Shown: in pieces, positions 26,801 through 38,689 of the stretch
Numbering within the stretch: the stretch's first letter is position 1
How the letters are laid out: each line of letters begins with the position of its first letter
Source of the DNA: Nemertoderma westbladi
Taxonomy: Eukaryota > Animalia > Xenacoelomorpha
Assembly: GCA_032718475.1 (NCBI GenBank)
Contig: JAUCBJ010001286.1
Location: forward strand, 62,001 to 126,000
Length of the DNA stretch: 64,000 bases
Direction: 5' to 3'
Made by a program: the position numbers and the translations under genes
Notes under the pieces: generated by a model
The model's input: the letters and a program-made list of their open reading frames with translations, nothing else
What the model was told of the DNA's origin: nothing
Databases searched by the model: none

Positions 26801-29800
26801 TCTGTATACACGTCTACACTAGTTCCGTATGCACCTCTACACTTGTTCTGTATCCATTTCTATACTAGTTCCGTATGCGTCTGTACTAGTTCTGTATACA
26901 CGTCTATACTAGTTCCGTATGCACCTCTACACTTGTTCTGTATCCATTTCTATACTAGTTCCGTATGCACCTCTACACTTGTTCTGTATCCATTTCTATA
27001 CTAGTTCCGTATGCACCTCTACACTTGTTCTGTATCCATTTCTACACTAGTTCCGTATGCGTCTGTACTAGTTCTGTATACACGTCTACACTAGTTCCGT
27101 ATGCACCTCTACACTTGTTCTGTATCCATTTCTATACTAGTTCCGTATGCGTCTGTACTAGTTCTGTATACACGTCTACACTAGTTCCGTATGCACCTCT
27201 ACACTTGTTCTGTATCCATTTCTATACTAGTTCCGTATGCGTCTGTACTAGTTCTGTATACACGTCTACACTAGTTCCGTATGCACCTCTACACTTGTTC
27301 TGTATACATTTCTATACTAGTTCCGTATGCACCTCTACACTTGCTCTGTATCCATTTCTATACTAGTTCCGTATGCGTCTGTACTAGTTCTGTATCCATT
27401 TCTACACTAGTTCCGTATGCGTCTGTACTAGTTCTGTATATACACGTCTACACTAGTTCCGTATGCACCTCTACACTTGTTCTGTATCCATTTCTATACT
27501 AGTTCCGTATGTACCTCTACACTTGTTCTGTATCCAATTCTACACTAGTTCCGTATGCGTCTGTACTAGTTCTGTATACACGTCTACACTAGTTCTGTAT
27601 ACACGTCTACACTAGTTCCGTATGCACCTCTACACTTGTTCTGTACCCAATTCTACACTAGTTCCGTATGCGTCTGTACTAGTTCTGTATACACGTCTAC
27701 ACTAGTTCCGTATGCACCTCTACACTTGTTCTGTACCCAATTCTACACTAGTTCCGTATGCGTCTGTACTAGTTCTGTATACACGTCTATACTAGTTCCG
27801 TATGTACCTCTACACTTGTTCTGTATCCATTTCTATACTAGTTCCGTATGCACCTCTACACTTGTTCTGTATCCATTTCTATACTAGTTCCGTATGCGTC
27901 TGTACTAGTTCTGTATACACGTCTACACTAGTTCCGAATGCACCTCTACACTTGTTCTGTATCCATTTCTACACTAGTTCCGTATGCGTCTGTACTAGTT
28001 CTGTATATACACGTCTACACTAGTTCCGTATGCACCTCTACACTTGTTCTGTATCCATTTCTATACTAGTTCCGTATGCGTCTGTACTAGTTCTGTATAT
28101 ACACGTCTACACTAGTTCCGTATGCACCTCTACACTTGTTCTGTATCCATTTCTATACTAGTTCCGTATGCGTCTGTACTAGTTCTGTATACACGTCTAC
28201 ACTAGTTCCGTATGCACATCTACACTTGTTCTGTATCCATTTCTACACTAGTTCCGTATGCGTCTGTACTAGTTCTGTATATACACGTCTACACTAGTTC
28301 CGTATGCACCTCTACACTTGTTCTGTATCCATTTCTATACTAGTTCCGTATGCGTCTGTACTAGTTCTGTATCCATTTCTACACTAGTTCCGTATGCGTC
28401 TGTACTAGTTCTGTATATACACGTCTACACTAGTTCCGTATGCACCTCTACACTTGTTCTGTATCCATTTCTATACTAGTTCCGTATGCGTCTGTACTAG
28501 TTCTGTATCCATTTCTATACTAGTTCCGTATGCGTCTGTACTAGTTCTGTATATACACGTCTACACTAGTTCCGTATGCACCTCTACACTTGTTCTGTAT
28601 CCATTTCTATACTAGTTCCGTATGCACCTCTACACTTGTTCTGTATCCATTTCTATACTAGTTCCGTATGCGTCTCTACTAGTTCTGTATACACGTCTAC
28701 ACTAGTTCCGTATGCACATCTACACTAGTTCCGTATGCGTCTGTACTAGTTCTGTATATACACGTCTACACTAGTTCCGTATGCACCTCTACACTTGTTC
28801 TGTATCCATTTCTATACTAGTTCCGTATGCGTCTGTACTAGTTCTGTATATACACGTCTACACTAGTTCCGAATGCACCTCTACACTTGTTCTGTATCCA
28901 TTTCTACACTAGTTCCGTATGCGTCTGTACTAGTTCTGTATATACACGTCTACACTAGTTCCGTATGCACCTCTACACTTGTTCTGTATCCATTTCTATA
29001 CTAGTTCCGTATGCGTCTGTACTAGTTCTGTATATACACGTCTACACTAGTTCCGTATGCACCTCTACACTTGTTCTGTATCCATTTCTATACTAGTTCC
29101 GTATGCGTCTGTACTAGTTCTGTATACACGTCTACACTAGTTCCGTATGCACCTCTACACTTGTTCTGTATCCATTTCTATACTAGTTGCGTATGCGTCT
29201 GTACTAGTTCTGTATATACACGTCTACACTAGTTCCGTATGCACCTCTACACTTGTTCTGTATCCATTTCTACACTAGTTCCGTATGCGTCTGTACTAGT
29301 TCTGTATATACACGTCTACACTAGTTCCGTATGCACCTCTACACTTGTTCTGTATCCATTTCTATACTAGTTCCGTATGCGTCTGTACTAGTTCTGTATA
29401 TACACGTCTACACTAGTTCCGTATGCACCTCTACACTTGTTCTGTATCCATTTCTATACTAGTTCCGTATGCGTCTGTACTTGTTCTGTATACACGTCTA
29501 CACTAGTTCCGTATGCACCTCTACACTTGTTCTGTATCCATTTCTATACTAGTTCCGTATGCACCTCTACACTTGTTCTGTATCCAATTATACACTAGTT
29601 CCGTATGCGTCTGTACTAGTTCTGTATATACACGTCTACACTAGTTCCGTATGCACCTCTACACTTGTTCTGTATCCATTTCTATACTAGTTCCGTATGC
29701 GTCTGTACTAGTTCTGTATACACGTCTACACTAGTTCCGTATGCACCTCTACACTTGTTCTGTATCCATTTCTATACTAGTTCCGTATGCACCTCTACAC

Positions 29801-32800
29801 TTGTTCTGTATCCATTTCTATACTAGTTCCGTATGCGTCTGTACTAGTTCTGTATACACGTCTACACTAGTTCCGTATGCACCTCTACACTTGTTCTGTA
29901 TCCATTTCTATACTAGTTCCGTATGCACCTCTACACTTGTTCTGTATCCATTTCTATACTAGTTCCGTATGCGTCTGTACTAGTTCTGTATATACACGTC
30001 TACACTAGTTCCGAATGCACCTCTACACTTGTTCTGTATCCATTTCTACACTAGTTCCGTATGCGTCTGTACTAGTTCTGTATATACACGTCTACACTAG
30101 TTCCGTATGCACCTCTACACTTGTTCTGTATCCAATTCTACACTAGTTCCGTATGCGTCTGTACTAGTTCTGTATACACGTCTACACTAGTTCCGTATGC
30201 ACCTCTACACTTGTTCTGTATCCATTTCTACACTAGTTCCGTATGCACCTCTACACTTGTTCTGTATCCATTTCTATACTAGTTCCGTATGCGTCTGTAC
30301 TTGTTCTGTATATACGTCTACACTAGTTCCGTATGCACCTCTACACTTGTTCTGTAACCAATTCTACACTAGTTCCGTATGCACCTCTACACTTGTTCTG
30401 TATCTATTTCTACACTAGTTCCGTATGCGTCTGTACTAGTTCTGTATACACGTCTACACTAGTTCCGAATGCACCTCTACACTTGTTCTGTATCCATTTC
30501 TACACTAGTTCCGTATGCGTCTGTACTAGTTCTGTATACACGTCTACACTAGTTCCGTATGCACCTCTACACTTGTTCTGTATCTATTTCTATACTAGTT
30601 CCGTATGCGTCTGTACTAGTTCTGTATCCATTTCTACACTAGTTCCGTATGTACCTCTACACTTGTTCTGTATCTATTTCTACACTAGTTCCGTATGCAC
30701 CTCTACACTTGTTCTGTATCTATTTCTACACTAGTTCCGTATGCACCTCTACACTTGTTCTGTATCCATTTCTATACTAGTTCCGTATGCGTCTGTACTA
30801 GTTCTGTATACACGTCTACACTAGTTCCGTATGCACCTCTACACTTGTTCTGTATCCATTTCTATACTAGTTCCGTATGCGTCTGTACTAGTTCTGTATA
30901 CACGTCTACACTAGTTCCGTATGCACCTCTACACTTGTTCTGTATCCATTTCTATACTAGTTCTGTATGTACCTCTACACTTGTTCTGTATCCATTTCTA
31001 TACTAGTTCCGAATGCACCTCTACACTTGTTCTGTATCCATTTCTATACTAGTTCCGTATGCGTCTGTACTAGTTCTGTATATACACGTCTACACTAGTT
31101 CCGTATGCACCTCTACACTTGTTCTGTATCCATTTCTATACTAGTTCCGTATGCGTCTGTACTAGTTCTGTATCCATTTCTACACTAGTTCCGTATGCGT
31201 CTGTACTAGTTCTGTATACACGTCTACACTAGTTCCGTATGCACCTCTACACTTGTTCTGTATCCAATTCTACACTAGTTCCGTATGCACCTCTACACTT
31301 GTTCTGTATCCATTTCTATACTAGTTCCGTATGCACCTCTACACTTGTTCTGTATCTATTTCTACACTAGTTCTGTATACACGTCTACACTAGTTCCGTA
31401 TGCACCTCTACACTTGTTCTGTATCCATTTCTATACTAGTTCCGTATGTACCTCTACACTTGTTCTGTATCCATTTCTATACTAGTTCCGTATGTACCTC
31501 TACACTTGTTCTGTATCCATTTCTATACTAGTTCCGAATGCACCTCTACACTTGTTCTGTATCCATTTCTACACTAGTTCCGTATGCGTCTGTACTAGTT
31601 CTGTATACACGTCTACACTAGTTCCGAATGCACCTCTACACTTGTTCTGTATCCAATTCTACACTAGTTCCGTATGCACCTCTACACTTGTTCTGTATCC
31701 ATTTCTATACTAGTTCCGTATGCACCTCTACACTTGTTCTGTATCCATTTCTATACTAGTTCCGTATGTACCTCTACACTTGTTCTGTATCCATTTCTAT
31801 ACTAGTTCCGTATGTACCTCTACACTTGTTCTGTATCCATTTCTATACTAGTTCCGAATGCACCTCTACACTTGTTCTGTATCCATTTCTATACTAGTTC
31901 CGTATGCGTCTGTACTAGTTCTGTATACACGTCTACACTAGTTCCGTATGCACCTCTACACTTGTTCTGTATCCATTTCTATACTAGTTCCGTATGCACC
32001 TCTACACTTGTTCTGTATCCATTTCTATACTAGTTCCGTATGCGTCTGTACTAGTTCTGTATACACGTCTACACTAGTTCCGTATGCACCTCTACACTTG
32101 TTCTGTATCCATTTCTATACTAGTTCCGTATGCTTCTGTACTAGTTCTGTATACACGTCTACACTAGTTCCGTATGCACCTCTACACTTGTTCTGTATCC
32201 ATTTCTACACTAGTTCCGTATGCGTCTGTACTAGTTCTGTATACACGTCTACACTAGTTCCGTATGCACCTCTACACTTGTTCTGTATCCATTTCTATAC
32301 TAGTTCCGTATGCGTCTGTACTAGTTCTGTATACACGTCTACACTAGTTCCGTATGAACCTCTACACTTGTTCTGTATCCATTTCTATACTAGTTCCGTA
32401 TGCGTCTGTACTAGTTCTGTATCCATTTCTATACTAGTTCCGTATGCGTCTGTACTAGTTCTGTATACACGTCTACACTAGTTCCGTATGCACCTCTACA
32501 CTTGTTCTGTATCCATTTCTATACTAGTTCCGTATGCACCTCTACACTTGTTCTGTATCCATTTCTATACTAGTTCCGTATGAGTCTGTACTAGTTCTGT
32601 ATACACGTCTACACTAGTTCCGTATGCACCTCTACACTTGTTCTGTATCCATTTCTATACTAGTTCCGTATGCGTCTGTACTAGTTCTGTATCCATTTCT
32701 ATACTAGTTCCGTATGCGTCTGTACTAGTTCTGTATACACGTCTACACTAGTTCCGTATGCACCTCTACACTTGTTCTGTATCCATTTCTATACTAGTTC

Positions 32801-35800
32801 CGTATGTACCTCTACACTTGTTCTGTATCCATTTCTATACTAGTTCCGTATGTACCTCTACACTTGTTCTGTATCCATTTCTATACTAGTTCCGAATGCA
32901 CCTCTACACTTGTTCTGTATCCATTTCTATACTAGTTCCGTATGCGTCTGTACTAGTTCTGTATACACGTCTACACTAGTTCCGTATGCACCTCTACACT
33001 TGTTCTGTATCCATTTCTATACTAGTTCCATATGTACCTCTACACTTGTTCTGTATCCATTTCTATACTAGTTCCGTATGCACCTCTACACTTGTTCTGT
33101 ATCCATTTCTATACTAGTTCCGTATGCGTCTGTACTAGTTCTGTATACACGTCTACACTAGTCCCGTATGCACCTCTACACTTGTTCTGTATCCATTTCT
33201 ATACTAGTTCCGTATGCACCTCTACACTTGTTCTGTATCCATTTCTATACTAGTTCCGTATGCGTCTGTACTAGTTCTGTATGCACCTCTACACTAGTTC
33301 TGTATACACGTCTACACTAGTTCCGTATGCACCTCTACACTTGTTCTGTATCCATTTCTACACTAGTTCCGTATGCGTCTGTACTAGTTCTGTATACACG
33401 TCTACACTAGTTCCATATGCACCTCTACACTTGTTCTGTATCCATTTCTATACTAGTTCCATATGTACCTCTACACTTGTTCAGTATCCATTTCTATACT
33501 AGTTCCGTATGCACCTCTACACTTGTTCTGTATCCATTTCTATACTAGTTCCGTATGCGTCTGTACTAGTTCTGTATACACGTCTACACTAGTCCCGTAT
33601 GCACCTCTACACTTGTTCTGTATCCATTTCTATACTAGTTCCGTATGCACCTCTACACTTGTTCTGTATCCATTTCTATACTAGTTCCGTATGCGTCTGT
33701 ACTAGTTCTGTATGCACCTCTACACTAGTTCTGTATACACGTCTACACTAGTTCCGTATGCACCTCTACACTTGTTCTGTATCCATTTCTACACTAGTTC
33801 CGTATGCGTCTGTACTAGTTCTGTATACACGTCTACACTAGTTCCATATGCACCTCTACACTTGTTCTGTATCCATTTCTATACTAGTTCCGTATGCGTC
33901 TGTACTAGTTCTGTATACACGTCTACACTAGTTCCGTATGCACCTCTACACTTGTTCTGTATCTATTTCTACACTAGTTCCGTATGCGTCTGTACTAGTT
34001 CTGTATACACGTCTACACTAGTTCCGTATGAACCTCTACACTTGTTCTGTATCCATTTCTATACTAGTTCCGTATGCACCTCTACACTTGTTCTGTATCC
34101 ATTTCTATACTAGTTCCGTATGCGTCTGTACTAGTTCTGTATACACGTCTACACAAGTTCCGTATGCACCTCTACACTTGTTCTGTATCCATTTCTATAC
34201 TAGTTCCGTATGCACCTCTACACTTGTTCTGTATCCATTTCTATACTAGTTCCGTATGCGTCTGTACTAGTTCTGTATACACGTCTACACTAGTTCCGTA
34301 TGCACCTCTACACTTGTTCTGTATCCAATTCTACACTAGTTCCTTGCGTTTACACTAGTTCCGAATGCACCTCTACACTTGTTCTGTATCCATTTCTATA
34401 CTAGTTCCGTATGCACCTCTAGACATGTTCTGTATCCATTTCTATACTAGTTCCGTATGTACCTCTACACTTGTTCTGTATCCATTTCTATACTAGTTCC
34501 GTATGCGTCTGTACTAGTTCTGTATACACGTCTACACTAGTTCCGTATGCACCTCTACACTTGTTCTGTATCCAATTCTACACTAGTTCCTTGCGTTTAC
34601 ACTAATTCCGAATGCACCTCTACACTTGTTCTGTATCCATTTCTATACTAGTTCCGTATGCACCTCTAGACTTGTTCTGTATCCATTTCTATACTAGTTC
34701 CGTATGTACCTCTACACTTGTTCTGTATCCATTTCTATACTAGTTCCGTATGCGTCTGTACTAGTTCTGTATACACGTCTACACTAGTTCCGTATGCACC
34801 TCTACACTTGTTCTGTATCCAATTCTACACTAGTTCCGTATGCGTCTGTACTTGTTCTGTATACACGTCTACACTAGTTCCGTATGCACCTCTACACTTG
34901 TTCTGTATCTATTTCTACACTAGTTCCGTATGCGTCTGTACTTGTTCTGTATACACTTCTACACTAGTTCCTTGCGTTTACACTAGTTCCGAATGCACCT
35001 CTACACTTGTTCTGTATCCATTTCTACACTAGTTCCGTATGCGTCTGTACTAGTTCTGTATATACACGTATACACTAGTTCCGTATGCACCTCTACACTT
35101 GTTCTGTATCCATTTCTACACTAGTTCCGTATGCGTCCGTACTAGTTCTGTATACACGTCTACACTAGTTCCGTATGCACCTCTACACTTGTTCTGTATC
35201 CAATTCTACACTAGTTCCGTATGCGTCTGTACTTGTTCTGTATACACTTCTACACTAGTTCCTTGCGTTTACACTAGTTCCGAATGCACCTCTACACTTG
35301 TTCTGTATCCATTTCTACACTAGTTCCGTATGCGTCCGTACTAGTTCTGTATACACGTATACACTAGTTCCGTATGCACCTCTACACTTGTTCTGTATCC
35401 ATTTCTACACTAGTTCCGTATGCGTCCGTACTAGTTCTGTATACACGTCTACACTAGTTCCGTATGCACCTCTACACTTGTTCTGTATCCATTTCTATAC
35501 TAGTTCCGTATGCGTCTGTACTAGTTCTGTATACACGTCTACACTAGTTCCGTATGCGTCTGTACTAGTTCTGTATCCATTTATACACGTCTACACTTGT
35601 TCTACCTCCATTTCTACACTAGTTCCGTATGCGTCCGTACTAGTTCTGTATACACGTCTACACTAGTTCCGTATGCACCTCTACACTTGTTCTGTATCCA
35701 TTTCTATACTAGTTCCGTATGCGTCCGTACTAGTTCTGTATACACGTCTACACTAGTTCCTTGCGTTTACACTAGTTCCGTATGCCACTGCACTAGTTCC

Positions 35801-35806
35801 GCACGC
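11861..35806. repeat. ~24 kb complex satellite of related 19-25 bp monomers with a 90 bp higher-order unit
   Basis: Monomers: A CTAGTTCCGTATGCACCTCTACA (23), B CTTGTTCTGTATCCATTTCTA(C/T)A (23), C CTAGTTCCGTATGCGTCTGTA (21), D CTAGTTCTGTA(TA)TACACGTCTACA (23/25), rare E CTAGTTCCTTGCGTTTACA (19). The commonest order ABCD totals 90 bp; uninterrupted by unique DNA. Confidence 0.98.
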
Positions 35807-35962
35807 ACATAAACTAGTATCTCTATTCGAATTATACTGATTTCAATAGCAAAAACGCAGACGGATTTTTTATAATTTGTCATTGTGACAGATGTTAACG
35901 GTACCGGTATCAAGATATTAATGTAACATGTCCCATACTGAAGGAAAAATTTGTTAAGAAAA

Positions 35963-37549
35963 ATGGATAAAATTCCAGCAGTTATTCTAAACAATAACTG
36001 CCGATTATTAACGTTAAAAGAAATCTGCATTGTCAATATAACCCAGACATTGGCTGCAGGAATAGTTAATACAGAATCTAAGAAGTGGGAACACAACTTA
36101 GCTGAACACCAACTACAAGATCACAGAAACACCCTCCGTGACTGGCTGAAAGAACATGAACTCACTATTCACCTACACAATGATCTACGGAAGTTCATTT
36201 TACATTCATACGATATTGCGTTTGAAGAGTTATATATTATATACAAAAGGCTATCAGATACTGATGACCAGCTACAAATTCCATCATTGCTTGACATCAT
36301 GAAGACCTATAGAAATATATATTTCTATCAATGTTTTGGTAAACTTGATGTCAATCTTGGCGATGAGTTTCAAGTTGAATATTATCCCTATACATATATC
36401 AATGGAACTATACTGTTATACTGGCTCCCTCAATTAGCTTCTAAATTGAGGTCACTATCTGTTTCTCAATTAGATTACGACTATAACACAGCCCTTGACA
36501 TAATTTTTAACTTTGCTAAATATAATGTCCTCACAACTATAAAGATCAATGGAATAAATGATTCCATTCTTACTAGAATTATAAAGAACTGCCCAAACCT
36601 AGTGATTCTACACATACCTACATCAAGCATCACCTTCACTGGACTAGTGCCTCTTTATAATTTGCAAGAATTGCGGGAGCTGAATATTATATCGTGTATT
36701 AGTTTAGAAATTAATGAAATAATCAGTTTACATACGTTGCTCCATCGAGTCAACTTTATTATAGATAATACGGTATCGATATTTGAATGTTTAATTGGTA
36801 ACCAATTGGAACTTAAAATGCACATCGACGAAATTCGTTTTCCACATATTAGCATTGATGATCGCCACATTCAGGCATGCCTGAGACCGACAAATACTAC
36901 CCCAAATATCAGACAATTTCTTATTTATTTTAAGTCTACTATCAACAGTCTTACATTGAACATTCATGGTCGTGATTGGGATCTAGAAATATTTGAGTTC
37001 TTTGAATGTTTCCCTAACCTATCTCATTTGAAGATAGAGACGACTGGACAACACTTTCCCGAAGCTATGGCGCTAGCGGTTGCCAGAAGAATTGGTTTAC
37101 CTCAAGTCACGGATTTAACACTGGATTTGGCAGTAATTCGTCTTTCTTTAACTAAATTAGGCAACATGTTTACCAACTTAAAGACTTTGGACTACAGAGG
37201 TATATTTGATCACCCAACTAACCAAGTAGTTATGAATTCGCTCTATAGTCTCCGAATAGAAACATTACATGTCGACCGCATTCTATTATTGTCACTGCAA
37301 CGTCTGTATTCATTAAAAAAACTTTGGATTCGCATAACTGGAGTTAATTTTGGAGAGCCAGTGGACCAAACGTTGTCAGAAGTAACCGGGAATATCTTCG
37401 ATAGTGGTACATTCGATGATCTAGAGGCATTTAGTTTATTGTGTGACTCTGATTCTACGCCAGCAATAGAATACTTAGCTGGTTCTGTCTGGAGACGATG
37501 TATGAAGTTGCAGTATTTTAATGTGAAATGGCCAAACTTATTTGCCTAG
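35963..37549 (+). CDS. Leucine-rich-repeat (RNI-like) protein with an N-terminal BC-box-like motif; putative cullin-RING E3 substrate adaptor
   Basis: 528-aa ORF from ATG 35963 (the track start at 35951 is a TTG). LRR-like segments IIKNCPNLVILHI, LQELRELNIISC, CFPNLSHLKI, FTNLKTLDY and LYSLKKLWI; N-terminal TLKEICIVNI fits (S/T)LxxxCxxxI. Confidence 0.7.
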   Translation: MDKIPAVILNNNCRLLTLKEICIVNITQTLAAGIVNTESKKWEHNLAEHQLQDHRNTLRDWLKEHELTIHLHNDLRKFILHSYDIAFEELYIIYKRLSDTDDQLQIPSLLDIMKTYRNIYFYQCFGKLDVNLGDEFQVEYYPYTYINGTILLYWLPQLASKLRSLSVSQLDYDYNTALDIIFNFAKYNVLTTIKINGINDSILTRIIKNCPNLVILHIPTSSITFTGLVPLYNLQELRELNIISCISLEINEIISLHTLLHRVNFIIDNTVSIFECLIGNQLELKMHIDEIRFPHISIDDRHIQACLRPTNTTPNIRQFLIYFKSTINSLTLNIHGRDWDLEIFEFFECFPNLSHLKIETTGQHFPEAMALAVARRIGLPQVTDLTLDLAVIRLSLTKLGNMFTNLKTLDYRGIFDHPTNQVVMNSLYSLRIETLHVDRILLLSLQRLYSLKKLWIRITGVNFGEPVDQTLSEVTGNIFDSGTFDDLEAFSLLCDSDSTPAIEYLAGSVWRRCMKLQYFNVKWPNLFA

Positions 37550-38689
37550 GCTACTATCTACATTGAGAAAGAGCATCTTGCAAAATCTGCTGAATAATTT
37601 TATTGTATGTTTGTACACTTTAATTTGAATAAGATCCATGTGATGTATATGACATGTCTAGTTCCAGTTCATATTAACTTTCGTGTGTCATATATTTCAT
37701 GAATTTGTGACACCCATTACTCGAACCGCAGTCAACTCATTAATCGTTGTACCACCGCATTCTATTGTACAATAAAATATCATAGAACCCAATAACCAGG
37801 CATAGCACTTCCCTACCCCAAGAGACCAAAAATACCAAACCGGAATTCTCTCAGAGAAAACCATCCTATCAAATTTATCTATAAATTATAAATATATGTT
37901 TAGTATGCCAACGTCACTCACTTACATTATCATCGTTCATCAATAATCATAAGAAACCTTTTAACATTAGGACTAAAAATATATTTTTGCAGTACAAATG
38001 TGAACATACTAGGACATAGCAGAACAAATTAAATACAGCCCTAAAATAGACATAGACGATGACATATACACGAGTGAAAGGACAAGCAGAAATCATAATA
38101 ATTTAAGAAGTGAATGATTGTATTTTAATTATATTTTTAATTAAATTACATTCTTACCAGCCACCAAATTTTATTTATCTATTATAATCATGCATCCATA
38201 TGACTACCCTCCTGGGCTGGTAACCAGAATAAGGCTTAACCTCATCTTTACTTCTCCAGTAGCACCCACTGAATGGCCAATGTACCTTTAAAGCCCTGCA
38301 TTTGTCATATAAAAGCGGAGCTAGCTCAAGCTAGGTTCCAGCCCCGCCAGGATTCACTAATACTTTCGCCCAACTGTTTGCTTCGGCTTCCCCTCTTGCT
38401 GACCATGTGTTACTTCCTGCTGAAATTAGTGATGTCCTTGTACCTATATATAATCGAAATGCTGCATTGCAGCTGCTCTAAGAATGCTATTTCGGCTATC
38501 AGAAAAATTCTACCTTCACAACTCCCTATGGCACTCATGAATTTTGCGAGTTTATTTGCTTTTAAGATGTACCTCTAGAATGTTATAAGCTGTCCAACTA
38601 GACTAATTCACTAAGTCACTGTTAAGTCACTAGTCTAGTCTCAGTTAATACCCTAACACTCGGCTCCCCAATGCGACAAGGTGAGCTGA

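Noticed and set aside
11861-35806. CRISPR-like array or telomeric repeat
   Set aside because: No unique spacers and no cas genes, in a eukaryotic context; the array is interstitial with genes on both sides.
11729-35812. Dozens of Cys/Tyr/Thr-rich ORFs in the satellite (YTSSVCVCTSSVYTSTLVPYAPLHLFCIHF repeats)
   Set aside because: They arise because the 90 bp unit is a multiple of three; 46 bp dimers and 2 bp indels break the frame every few hundred bases, so there is no selection for frame.
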